Source: Alkalispirochaeta sp. (GTDB lineage Bacteria > Spirochaetota > Spirochaetia > DSM-27196 > Alkalispirochaetaceae). Taken from it: a stretch of 64,000 bases of DNA. Below are positions 1-10,615 of the stretch, one piece after another (within the stretch, counting starts at the first letter, position 1; each line of letters opens with the position of its first letter). The translations under genes were made by a program, and so were the position numbers. The stretch is taken from the NCBI GenBank assembly GCA_965242725.1, contig CBDESZ010000004.1:288001-352000 (forward strand), given 5' to 3'. The notes under the pieces are model-generated. The model was not told where the DNA came from. It made no database searches and was given only the letters and a program-made list of their open reading frames with translations.

Positions 1-1
1 G

Positions 2-784
2 GACCGGGCGATACAGGTGGCGCCCCGGCGGAATCAGCTGATTCTTGACCGGCGGATGGATCGCTATCTGGATATCCGGGACCTCATTGACCGGCTGGAC
101 CGTCCGGGGGACCAGATTCTCATAGACGCCCAGGTGGTGGAACTCAACACCGACGCGGCGTCGCGGCTTGGGCTGGAAATGAGCGACTCCATCACGATCG
201 GTCTGGAGGAGGAGAGCAATTACGGCCAGGCCATCGCCCTGCCGCTGCAGACTTTTCTCCGCTCACCGGTGGAGGTGCGGGCAACGCTGCACATGCTGAA
301 AGGGGAGGGGGAGGCGCAGATCCTGGCCAATCCCCGGGTATCGACGATCGACGGTATTCCGGCGGTGATGAAGACGGAGGAGCGCTTTCCCATCATCGTC
401 ACCCAGTCCTCGGGGGATCAGACCTATCAGACCAAGCAGGACATCGTCGGCGGCATTGAGCTGTCTATTCTCCCCCGCCACAACGGGGGTGGGGAGATCA
501 CCACGGAGATCGTGACCGACGTCACCACCATTACCGGCACCACCAAGGAAGGCTATCCCACCACCAGCAGCCGCCAGGTAGAGACGACGGTCCGGGTGGC
601 ATCGGGGACGGCCATCGTCATTGGCGGCCTGGTGGAAAAACGGGAGATCCGTCACCGCGGCAGAATCCCCATCCTGGGCGACATCCCCCTGTTGGGGGTG
701 CTCTTCACCAACTACCGCACCAACACCCTGGAGACGGATCTGTTTGTCATCGTGACGCCGTATTTGATTGGAGGGGGAGAATGA
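2..784 (+). CDS. Secretin (GspD/PilQ-type), C-terminal part; 5' end lies outside the window
   Basis: Frame open from position 2. Secretin motifs QILIDAQVVE, AQILANPRVST, GIELSILP, RQVETTVRV, IVIGGL, IPILGDIPLLGVLF, LFVIVTPYLI. Stop overlaps the next ATG (ATGA 781-784). Confidence 0.9.
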   Translation, partial: DRAIQVAPRRNQLILDRRMDRYLDIRDLIDRLDRPGDQILIDAQVVELNTDAASRLGLEMSDSITIGLEEESNYGQAIALPLQTFLRSPVEVRATLHMLKGEGEAQILANPRVSTIDGIPAVMKTEERFPIIVTQSSGDQTYQTKQDIVGGIELSILPRHNGGGEITTEIVTDVTTITGTTKEGYPTTSSRQVETTVRVASGTAIVIGGLVEKREIRHRGRIPILGDIPLLGVLFTNYRTNTLETDLFVIVTPYLIGGGE

Positions 785-3700
785 TCGGGAAGGTGAAAGA
801 AGGCTTTCTCAGGAGCTGCTATATTGGAGTATTTGTCGTCGCGTTGTTCACGCTCACACCGATGTTGGTGGATGCGTATACAATTGAGGTAACGGTGACT
901 ACCGAAGTATGCCGGGACGAACGAGTTGGGTGTGAGTTTGCGTCACAGGGACATTGCGAGAATCCGATTTACGAAGAGGTGTGTAAAGATGTACCTACGC
1001 AAAAATATTACGACGTACCCGATTCCGTAAGTCCCGAAGATCTCGAAGACGAGATCACCGATCGTCTTGAAGACACGGGCATAGAAGACGCAACGGTGAA
1101 CGCGGAAGGCACAACTGACGATATCGAAGGAAAGACGGCATCAAATGAGGAAGATCTCGACGGAGGCGAGGATATCGACAGCCTGATTTCCGATATCGCC
1201 GACGAGGTTGCCCGAAACCATAAGGACGCCGTTACGGCGTTTCGCAATTCCGGCGCTACAAAGGATCCGGTGAGACTGGCCACCGGAGACCTGTACTTTC
1301 CGGTTACCGAGTTTGCCCTGGAACACCCCGGTGGCACGGTTCAGGTACAGCGGACCTACGAGAGCGGCCATGCAACGGCAAAGTCCTTTGGGCCGCAGTG
1401 GGTATTTTCCTACGACAGCCGGGTGCTCATGGGCGTGTCGACGGAGATCGGGAGTCTCGTTTCCTACTATGAATCGCTCCTGCCGACCTTTATCGAGCGA
1501 CTGGAAGAGGCACTGGCGAGGTATGAGGAGTCAACAACTGCCATGGAGGAGACGGTCCTCCCGACGCTGGAGTCGATTCTGGCGGACATTGCTCACACGA
1601 TCACCCAGATAGAGGAGGCGATCACCGCCGCCCCGTCGGATTTTACCGAGCGTCTGGAGGAGGAACTGGCGGCCGTGGAGAGTCTGCAAGCGGAAATCAC
1701 CGCGCTCCAGGAGCGCTCGGAAGGGGCCTATGAAGAGCTCAACGGTGTGGCACCGCTTCTGGACACGCTACAGAATGATATCGATGAACTCCGTATCCGC
1801 CTGGAAGCGGCGGAGGATCGGGCGGATTTTCTCGCGGACATGCAGCAGAGGAACCGGTATATCCACGGCGTCGAGGTGAGCGAAGCGGGCACCGGGAAAG
1901 GTACTATTGTCTGGATCGACTTTGACGGGAACAGCCACGTCTTTGATCTGCATACACCGCCTCGTCTGGGTGATCCCGTTGTCGACGGGGAGGAGTATGC
2001 AAACTACTATCCCGAGGGGAGTACGGCGACCTCGCGGGATCCGGCTCTAACCGACAAATTGACGCTTCTTCCCGACGGGAGGGTCGTGGTAATCGCAGCG
2101 GATGGGACGGAATACCGCTACGACCGGTACGGACGACCTCAGCAGATAACGGATCGCAACGGGAACGCCACGCGCTTCGGGTACAACGGCGAGGGATTGC
2201 TGGCGGATATCATAGACAGCGTCGGGCGTACGATCCACATTGAACGATACGGTAACGGACTGATTCAGACAATTGAAGACCCCGCCGGACGGCGGTGGGA
2301 GTATTTTTATGACGGCAGAAACCGCCTGACAGCGGTGACCGACGCTGCGGGACATACCGTTGAGTACGTATATGACGATCTCAGGCTGGTAGAGGTGACC
2401 AAACCCGACGGGTCGGCCATCGAGTACGATTACGAAGAGCGGGACGGGAAGTGGTACGCGGTAAGCACCACCGACGAGGAAGGCTATGCGGAGAGGATGA
2501 GCTTTCACGACGGCTACACCGACTACTACACCGCCGGAAACGTCTGGGAACGGCACGTAATAGACGAGCGGGCCCGCTCCACACGCATCGAGTACGGTGA
2601 CGGCAGCAGCGTGACGATGGTCTACGACGAGAAGGACAACGTGATCCTGAGAACCGATGAGGAAGGGAAGGCCTGGCGCTACGACTACGACGACAACGGA
2701 AACCGGACCTACGCCCGGGACCCGGCCGGGGGCGAGGAGTGGTGGAGCTATAACGAGTATTCCCAGCTCACCGGCTACACCGACCAGGAGAATTTCACGA
2801 CGGAGTACCACTACGACCACCGGGGAAACCTCCGGTCGATCGACTATCCCGACGGAACAAGCGAGCGCTGGGAGTACAACGAGAGGGGACTGGCGACGGT
2901 GTGGACGGACCGGCGGAACAAACGGACAACCTACGGCTACGACGAGTATGGCTACCTGAAGAGCGTGACCGATCCGGGAGGCGGGGTGTGGACCTTTGTG
3001 CACGATAAGGTGGGAAACCGGCTCGCCGAGACGGATCCGGCGGGAAAGACGGTGCGGTATGAGTACAACCCCGACGGCCAGGTGACGGCGATCACCGACG
3101 AGCTGGGCCGGCAGGAGCGGCGATATTACGACGAGCGGAAAGACCTTATCAGGGTGGAAGACCGGAACGGTGAGGCGACAACCTTCACCTACGATGACCG
3201 GCATCTGTTGGTGGCGGTGACCAACGCGCTGAATGAGACGGTAACCTACGCCTACCGTGGCGACGGTCTGATGCGGGAGAAGGTGATAGACGGGCGGAGC
3301 ACCTACCGCTATGAGTATGACGAGCGGGGAAACCTCCGCAGCCGGGAGCTGGTGGAACTGGGGATCGTGACGAGCTATGCATACACCCCTCGGAACAACC
3401 TTGAGGTGGTGGAAGATCCCCGGGGAAAGCGTACCGTCTTGGGCTACGACGATGCGGGCCGGCTGGATTGGGTACGCGACGCCCTGGGCCGGACAACCGA
3501 CCTGACCTACTACCCCGACGGCCGCCTGCACACCCGGCGTGACCCCCGGGGCGGAACGACGGCGTACCGCTATGACGAGCTGAACCGCGTGACGGAGGTG
3601 ATCGATCCGTTGAACGGGGTTAGCGCGTTCACCTACGACGAGGCGGGCAATCCGACGGGCGTGACCGATCCATTGAATCGAACGACGAGCTACGGCTACG

Positions 3701-6700
3701 ACGAGGTGGGGCGGCGTGAGACGGTATGGTACCCCGACGGCACTGTTGAGCGCACCCGCTACGACCGGCGGGGGCTTTTAGTCTCCCACACCGATCGGGG
3801 CGGCGGCGTGACCACCTACGACTACGACGACGCGTGGCGCATGACGAGTCGTACCGATCCGGCGGGCGGCCGCTGGGAGTACGACTACGACCGGGAGGGC
3901 CGTATCACCGCGGTGACGGATCCCAACGGCCGGGTTACCTTGAGAGAGCTTGACGGGATCGGCCGGGTGCGGTTTGTCACCGATCCGGCGGGCTTTACGG
4001 CGGGGTATCAATACGATCACCTGGGCAACGTGACGGCTTTCACCGATCAGGCGGGAGCCACCTGGCGTTTCACCTACGACGAGGCGGGACGGCTGACCAA
4101 AGAAACCGACCCGTTCCAGGCCACCACGAGCTACCGCTACGACAACGCGGGAAACATACAGCGCGTGAGTGATCCTACCGGGCGGGTCACGGTATACGAA
4201 TATGACGAACTGAACCGCCTTGAGACGGAAGACCCTCCCGGCGGGGGGCGCTCCACCTACCGCTACGATGAGGGGGAAACCTCACGGAGATCCGGGATGC
4301 CACGGGGGCGGTGTACCGCTATGGTTACGATCTTCTGGGCCGGATGACCGAAGAGGAGAACCGCCTGGGCGACACGGCCCGGTATGACTACGACGGGGTG
4401 GGAAACCTGGTCAGGGAGGAGCGATTCAGCGGCGAGGTGATCCGTTATGACTATGACCGGATGAACCGGCTGGTTGTAAGGTCGTTACCGGAGGGGGACG
4501 AGCGCTACGACTACGACCGTGCGGGGCGGATAACGGCGGCGGAGAACGCTGCGGCGGAGCTCACCTTTCAGTGGGATGCGGCGGGCCGACTGACGGAAAG
4601 TTACAACGCCACGGTGGACCGGGGATTGCACTATGAGTACGACCGGGCGGGCAACCGGACGGCACTGATCTTTGACGGCGGCCGCCGGGTAGGGTACGAG
4701 TACGGCGTACGGAATGAGGTGACCGCCCTCACCGATCCCGACGGCCGGACAACCACCTTTGATTATGATGAGGTGGGTCGGGAGGTGGAACGAGTGCTCC
4801 CGAACGGCATCACCACCGCGTGGACCTACGACCGCGCCGGCCGGGTGACGACGATCGCCACCGGTGGACGGGAGGGACATCTTGCCGGGAGGGGCTACGC
4901 CTATGACCCGGCGGGTCGGATCACCGCCCGGGTGGATGAGACCGGGGCAATCCGGGCCTACCGCTACGATGCAGCGGGACGCCTTGCAACGGTGGCCTAT
5001 CCCTACGGCAGCGAGAAGATGCGCAACGACCTCATTGAGCGGATCAGGCTGGGGCTTCTGGAGGCGGACACCGCCTATGACGGCGAGGAGGAAGACGAGG
5101 CCGGATCACCCTGGAACCAGCCGGGACCACCGCCGTGGGCAAACAACGACGGTGACGACAATGATACTGAGGAGAACGCCGGCACCGACGACCTCATCCT
5201 CGACTGGCTGGAGCCGTATCTGACCGCCCCGCCGGAGATGATGGAGGGAACCCGTCCCCTGGGACAGAACGGCACGGTCTTCACCGAACGCCTCAGACTG
5301 GAGCGGGGTGAAGCGGGTGTCCTGGCCGAAAGGCTCAGGGAGATCGGCATTGACGGAGCGCACCTTGCGCGTGACCAGTGGGTGTGGCAGGAGCAGTTCA
5401 GCTACGACACCCGGGGTAACCGCACCGAGGTGGCGACGGGCTGGGGTGCGATCGACTACACCTATAACCGGGAGAACCGCCTTCTTGCGGCGGGCGAGCG
5501 GCGCTATGACTACGATGGAGACGGGAATCTGATCACCGAACGCCTGGAGGGGAGAGAAGTCCGCTACCGGTACAACGGCCGGGACCTCCTCATCGAGGCG
5601 AGTGGAGATCTCCTCTCCTGGACGGAAGAGGGTCCACCGGCATCAGAGATCACCTACACCTACGACGCCCTGGGCCGCAGAACGAGCCGGGAAGCACGCT
5701 ACCGGGCGGGAGGTGCGGTGGGCTACGACGCCGTAGCGTATCTCTCAGAGGGCTTAAGCGTGAACGTCGCCGAGGAGCTCCGGGACATCATGATCCCGCC
5801 GGGTGTGATGGCCGGCCCACACACCGGCGGGCCGGGGAACAATGGCCGCGCAACCGGTAGGCCGGAGGTATTTCCGGGACCTGAGTGGCTGACCCCGCCG
5901 CCGTGGCAGACATCAGAGCCCCAGGAAATCACCGAAACAAACATCCGGCAGTACATCCACGCCAACGGCAGGCTCTTTTCCCACACGGACCTGGTGGATC
6001 GCCCGGTGTCACGGAGTCACACGAGCTGGTATCATCAGGACATGCGGGGCTCCACGATGATGCTCACCGGACGAAACGGCGAGGCGGTGGCGAGCTACTC
6101 CTACGACGCCTTTGGGGTCGTCTTTGACGACCATCCCGCCGTTGGACGGCCACAACCGACGGTACCGGAGGGAGCACGGGCGGCGGTCGAGCGGGGAACG
6201 GAATACCTCTACACGGGCAAACGCCTGGACCCCGACACAGGCCACATCGACTACGGATTCCGTGACTACGCCCCACGGCTGGCCCGCTTTACCACGGTGG
6301 ATCCGATCAAGGATGGGAATCACTGGTATGCCTACGTAAATAATGATCCGGTAAATTTTGTGGATCCATTAGGACTTGCAGCGACAGACTCTGCAGCAAC
6401 CGGATTAAATGACATTGAGATAGGAAAACGGCTTTTGAATATAGGAAAAAGTATTTTTCAAGTTGTCGGTGGGGCTATCCTCACCCAGCTCGATAGTCCG
6501 GTCATTGGTCTCTTAGATGTGGCTGGAGGACTTGCTGTGGCTGACGGTATTTCGGACATTATTTTAAATTATGGAGCAATCGTGAGTGAACTCGTCGGAC
6601 TAAATTCCGACGATATTCCTGAGGACCTACTAAACGAAGTCGGAGATACCGTCACAGGAAATGATCAAACCGGTGATCGGTTAGAGGAAGCTACTGATTA

Positions 6701-6725
6701 CTTCTGGCAAGAATATCCTTACTGA
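781..6725 (+). CDS. Large Rhs/YD-repeat polymorphic toxin, ~1,980 aa if joined; 1-nt frameshift at ~4272 (ORFs 781-4347 and 4311-6725)
   Basis: Signal peptide (..LVDA|YT), DUF6531-like DPVRLATG..RTYES..FGPQW, dozens of YD repeats, and core end YTGKRLD..DYGFRDY..RFTTVDP..YAYVNNDPVNFVDPLGL followed by a 115-aa tip. The paralog reads GATGAGGTGGGAAAC (7245-7259) where this copy reads GATGAGGGGGAAAC, one base shorter. Confidence 0.9.
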
Positions 6726-6771
6726 ACATTGGACATGATTGAGCATTGGCAATCGGCTGAAGGGAGTACAA

Positions 6772-6945
6772 ATGCTGGGAAGTGTTTTCGAAATAGCATT
6801 AGGTATTGTGTTTGGATTTGCTGCCATAGCAACACACAGTATCCCAGAGGAGAAGAACTTCATAAAACGATATCAGAAACAGATACTCGCCATTAGCGCG
6901 ATAGTGATGTTCGTTTTTGGAGGTGTAGAATTGTTGATGGGCTGA
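6772..6945 (+). CDS. Small 2-TM protein, putative cognate immunity protein
   Basis: RBS AGGGAG at 6761 then ATG at 6772; 57 aa with two hydrophobic helices; low GC; directly after the toxin tip. Confidence 0.65.
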   Translation: MLGSVFEIALGIVFGFAAIATHSIPEEKNFIKRYQKQILAISAIVMFVFGGVELLMG

Positions 6946-6967
6946 TTGATTGTCCTTATTTTGGGGC

Positions 6968-7009
6968 GACAGTCGTGAAAGGGTGTAGTCGCCCCCTTTC
7001 ACGACTGTC
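6968..7009. terminator. Perfect 16-bp inverted repeat (possible terminator or processing hairpin)
   Basis: GACAGTCGTGAAAGGG-10 nt-CCCTTTCACGACTGTC; no U-tract. Confidence 0.5.
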
Positions 7010-7041
7010 AAAGGTAGGGGGAACTGCAGCGGAGGACTCCG

Positions 7042-7141
7042 CCTGTCCGTAGGCGTAACTAAAGACACACCTACCGATCCGGGTAACCCATACGGCACGG
7101 TTATAAATCACGGCGGAACGCAAGTTCAATATTCATGATCC
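7042..7141 (+). repeat. Conserved non-coding leader, copy 1 (precedes the orphan Rhs module)
   Basis: 81/100 ungapped identity (hand count) to 11338-11437. Confidence 0.85.
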
Positions 7142-7175
7142 GTTAACGGGTGCCGGAAACGCCTACGAACGGCAC

Positions 7176-9345
7176 GAGTATGACGAACTGAACCGCCTTG
7201 CAACCGAAGACCCTCCCGGCGGGGGGCGCTATACCTACCGCTACGATGAGGTGGGAAACCTCACGGAGATCCGGGATGCCACGGGGGCGGTGTACCGCTA
7301 TGGCTACGATCTTCTAGGCCGGATGACCGAAGAGGAAAACCGCCTGGGCGACACGGCCCGGTATGACTACGACGGGGTGGGAAACCTGGTCAGGGAGGAG
7401 CGTTTCAGCGGCGAGGTGATCCGCTATGACTATGACCGGATGAACCGGCTGGTTGTACGGGCGTTACCGGAGGGGGATGAGCGCTACGACTACGACCGTG
7501 CGGGGCGGATAACGGCGGCGGAGAACGCTGCGGCGGAGCTCACCTTTGGGTGGGACCCGGCGGGACGACTGACGGAATCGTACAACGCCACGGTAGGCCG
7601 GGGACTACACTATGAGTACGACCGGGCGGGCAACCGGACGGCACTGATCTTTGACGGAAACAGGCGGGTAGGGTACGAGTACGGTGTACGGAATGAGCTG
7701 ACCGCCCTCACCGATCCCGACGGACGGACAACCACCTTTGATTATGATGAGGTGGGTCGGGAGGTGGAACGGGTGCTTCCGAACGGCATCACCACCGCGT
7801 GGAACTACGACCGGGCCGGCCGAGTGACGACGATCGCCACCGGTGGACGGGAGGGACACCTATCCGGGAGGGGCTACACCTATGACCCGGCGGGCCGAAT
7901 CACGGCCCGGGTGGATGAGACCGGGGCGATCCGGGCCTACCGCTACGATGAGGCGGGCCGCCTTGCAACGGTGGCCTATCCCTACGGCAGCGAGAAGATG
8001 CGCAACGACCTCATAGAGCGGATCAGGCTGGGGCTTCTGGAGGCGGAAATTGAAGAAGAGAACGGCGGCGACACCACCACTGGTGACGACGGCCTATCCT
8101 GGAACCAGCCGGGCCCACCGCCGTGGGCGAACAACGACGGTGACAACAATGATAATGAGGACGACGCCGGAGACGACGATCTCATCCCCGATTGGCTGGA
8201 GCCGTATCTGACCGCTCCGCCGGAGATGATGGCGGGAACCCGTCCCCTGGAACAGAACGGCACCGTCTTCACCGAACGCCTCAGACTGGAGAGGGGTGAA
8301 GCGGGTGTCCTTACCGAGCGGCTGCGGGAGATCGGCATTGACGGCGCGTACCTTGATCGTGACCAGTGGGTGTGGCAGGAACAGTTCAGCTACGACACCC
8401 GGGGTAATCGCACGCAGGTGGCAACGGGCTGGGGCGCGATCGACTACACCTACAACCGGGAGAACCGCCTTCTTCAAGCAGGGGAACGGCGCTATGACTA
8501 CGACGGAGAAGGGAATCTGGTCACCGAACGCCTGGAGGGGAGAGAAGTCCGTTACCGGTACAACGGCAGGGACCGTCTCATCGAGGCGAGTGGAGATCTC
8601 CTCTCCTGGACCGAGGAAGGGCCGCAGGCAGAAACGATCGCCTACACCTATGACGCCCTGGGCCGCAGAACGAGCCGGGAAGCACGGTACCGGGCAGGAG
8701 GTGCCGTGGGCTACGACGCCATAGCGTATCTCTCAGACGGCTTAACCGTGAACGTAGCCGAGGAGCTCCGGGACATCATGATCCCCCCGGGCGTGATGGC
8801 GGGACCCCACACCGGAGGGTCGGGAAACAATGGTCGCGCCACCGGCCGCCCGGAGGTATTTCCGGGACCCGAGTGGCTGACCCCGCCACCGTGGCAGACA
8901 TCAGAGCCCCAGGAAATAGCCGAAACAAGTATCCGGCGGTACATCCACGCCAACGGCCGGCTCTTTTCCCACACGGATCTGGTGAATCGCCCGGTATCAC
9001 GGAGCCACACGAGCTGGTATCATCAGGACATGCGGGGTTCCACGATGATGCTCACCGGACGGAACGGCGAGGCGGTAGCGAGCTACTCCTACGACGCCTT
9101 TGGGGTGGTCTTTGACGACCATCCTCCCGTTGGGCGACCCCAACCGACGGTACCGGAGGGAGCACGGGCGGCGGTAGAGCGGGGAACGGAGTACCTTTAC
9201 ACCGGCAAGCGCCTGGACCCCGACACCGGCCATGTCGACTACGGATTCCGTGACTACGCCTCACGCCTGGCCCGCTTCACCACGGTGGATCCGATCAAGG
9301 ATGGGAATCACTGGTATGCCTACGTGAATAATGATCCGGTGAATT
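7176..9345 (+). repeat. ~2.2-kb direct repeat of the Rhs core (paralog of ~4198-6355)
   Basis: Near-identical DNA and protein up to NNDPVN; divergence concentrated in the acidic insert and after DPLGL. Confidence 0.95.
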
Positions 9346-9809
9346 ACATCGATCCGTTGGGATTGGATTCGGTAACTCCGTGGTATGTCGAGGATGCTCT
9401 AAATGAGAAAGCGCGTGACGATTCCCGGAGGACTGACCACGTCGATAAATCTATCGAAAATGAATCGCGTGATTTTGGTGATAGTGTACGACTCTTTATA
9501 CAGGAACCCAGGGTCGAGGGTGCAGCGCAAACAGTTCTTGGTGTAGGAGTTGTGGTCACAACACTGATTTTTGTCGCGCAAAATCCTCCAGCAGCTATTG
9601 CGACCGCAAATCGAGTTAGCCTTGGAATAACGATTGGAGGACTCCTGTTTGCAAACGGAGTATCCGTTATAGTGACTGGTAATGAGTCACCGCTGAATCT
9701 TGCCGAGATAGTAAGCTCTCCAATGGATGCCGTGGCTGATGCTCTGAGTCGTTGGTTTTTCTCTGATCAGGTATCGGTTCAATCCCTACCCCGCAACAAA
9801 CAGTACTAG
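7251..9809 (+). CDS. Orphan (N-terminally truncated) Rhs module with alternative C-terminal tip
   Basis: YD repeats, core end PVNYIDPLGL, then a ~147-aa low-GC tip with two hydrophobic stretches; no signal peptide or clear RBS. Confidence 0.85.
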   Translation: MGNLTEIRDATGAVYRYGYDLLGRMTEEENRLGDTARYDYDGVGNLVREERFSGEVIRYDYDRMNRLVVRALPEGDERYDYDRAGRITAAENAAAELTFGWDPAGRLTESYNATVGRGLHYEYDRAGNRTALIFDGNRRVGYEYGVRNELTALTDPDGRTTTFDYDEVGREVERVLPNGITTAWNYDRAGRVTTIATGGREGHLSGRGYTYDPAGRITARVDETGAIRAYRYDEAGRLATVAYPYGSEKMRNDLIERIRLGLLEAEIEEENGGDTTTGDDGLSWNQPGPPPWANNDGDNNDNEDDAGDDDLIPDWLEPYLTAPPEMMAGTRPLEQNGTVFTERLRLERGEAGVLTERLREIGIDGAYLDRDQWVWQEQFSYDTRGNRTQVATGWGAIDYTYNRENRLLQAGERRYDYDGEGNLVTERLEGREVRYRYNGRDRLIEASGDLLSWTEEGPQAETIAYTYDALGRRTSREARYRAGGAVGYDAIAYLSDGLTVNVAEELRDIMIPPGVMAGPHTGGSGNNGRATGRPEVFPGPEWLTPPPWQTSEPQEIAETSIRRYIHANGRLFSHTDLVNRPVSRSHTSWYHQDMRGSTMMLTGRNGEAVASYSYDAFGVVFDDHPPVGRPQPTVPEGARAAVERGTEYLYTGKRLDPDTGHVDYGFRDYASRLARFTTVDPIKDGNHWYAYVNNDPVNYIDPLGLDSVTPWYVEDALNEKARDDSRRTDHVDKSIENESRDFGDSVRLFIQEPRVEGAAQTVLGVGVVVTTLIFVAQNPPAAIATANRVSLGITIGGLLFANGVSVIVTGNESPLNLAEIVSSPMDAVADALSRWFFSDQVSVQSLPRNKQY

Positions 9810-9821
9810 AGGGAGGAGAAT

Positions 9822-10004
9822 GTGAGACAAAGTTCTATTTGGAAGGGATACTGGCAGATATCATTTCCAACCTCGATTTTTGTCGCTGTTTGTGTCCGCG
9901 TATTAGGGGAGGCAAGTTTGATGCACACAGCCTTGTTTCTATCGTTAACACTCTTGGTAACGGCGTTAGGGCACGCCATCGTGGAACGAATTCGACGGTA
10001 TTGA
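9822..10004 (+). CDS. Small 2-TM protein, putative immunity protein for the orphan tip
   Basis: RBS GAGGAG before GTG; 60 aa, hydrophobic; directly after the orphan stop. Confidence 0.55.
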   Translation: MRQSSIWKGYWQISFPTSIFVAVCVRVLGEASLMHTALFLSLTLLVTALGHAIVERIRRY

Positions 10005-10015
10005 GGAGTGAAAAA

Positions 10016-10240
10016 ATGGCAGAAGTGATTGCTTTTGGCATATACGGATTTGCTATCCTTTTGATTGGGTTTTTACTCATACTTGATGGAACAGGAGTTG
10101 TTCGTGTAATCCAGCGCGTCGCAGGAAGAGACCCTGTCAAACAATCCCGTATAGACAAGATCGAGTTGTTTAGCGGCGGGGTGATGGTGGCCATCGGCGT
10201 AGTTATGGTCGCGCTGACTGGAATAGGCGTGTTCGCCTAA
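10016..10240 (+). CDS. Small 2-TM protein, putative orphan immunity protein
   Basis: RBS GAGGAG at 10003 then ATG at 10016; 74 aa helix-loop-helix hydrophobic pattern. Confidence 0.6.
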   Translation: MAEVIAFGIYGFAILLIGFLLILDGTGVVRVIQRVAGRDPVKQSRIDKIELFSGGVMVAIGVVMVALTGIGVFA

Positions 10241-10249
10241 TCGGAGACT

Positions 10250-10615
10250 ATGAGGCGCCATGATCCTTACGGGGAGATCGACGAGGCAAGACTCGAATAT
10301 TACCAAAAAACGCTTGAGCGTGTGTTTACCATATTAACATTCCAAAGTGCGAGGATGAACAACGACCCACAAGGGATGTCAGAGGCTTTCGATGAACTAC
10401 AAAACGAAATGAGAGGCGAAGCGGACCCAAACGGCAATCCTCTCTATTCCACGATTAAAATGGAGATCGAAAATATGAAAAGAATTTCTGAATTGAAATT
10501 TCAGAATGCGAACAGAGAGGAAGAATTAGAACGAATCAGTAGTAAACTTACCAGCCATCTTGGAGCACTTGATGAATTGGTAAGTCCGGAAAAGACCGAG
10601 GAATGCAATGATTAA
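10250..10615 (+). CDS. Hypothetical helical soluble protein (possible toxin-tip remnant or immunity protein)
   Basis: GGAG RBS, 121 aa, low GC, overlaps the next gene. Confidence 0.5.
   Translation: MRRHDPYGEIDEARLEYYQKTLERVFTILTFQSARMNNDPQGMSEAFDELQNEMRGEADPNGNPLYSTIKMEIENMKRISELKFQNANREEELERISSKLTSHLGALDELVSPEKTEECND

Noticed and set aside
7042..7147. Leader element as an integron attC site or small ORF
   Set aside because: No RYYYAAC..GTTRRRY dyad conserved in both copies and no integrase. The shared open stretch (VTKxTPTDP..YS*) has no start codon in either copy.
2100..9300. Repetitive DNA in the Rhs region as a CRISPR array or DGR template/variable repeat
   Set aside because: The repeats are degenerate in-frame YD codons with no fixed repeat-spacer period. 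Differences between copies are not adenine-specific, and no reverse transcriptase or cas gene is present.
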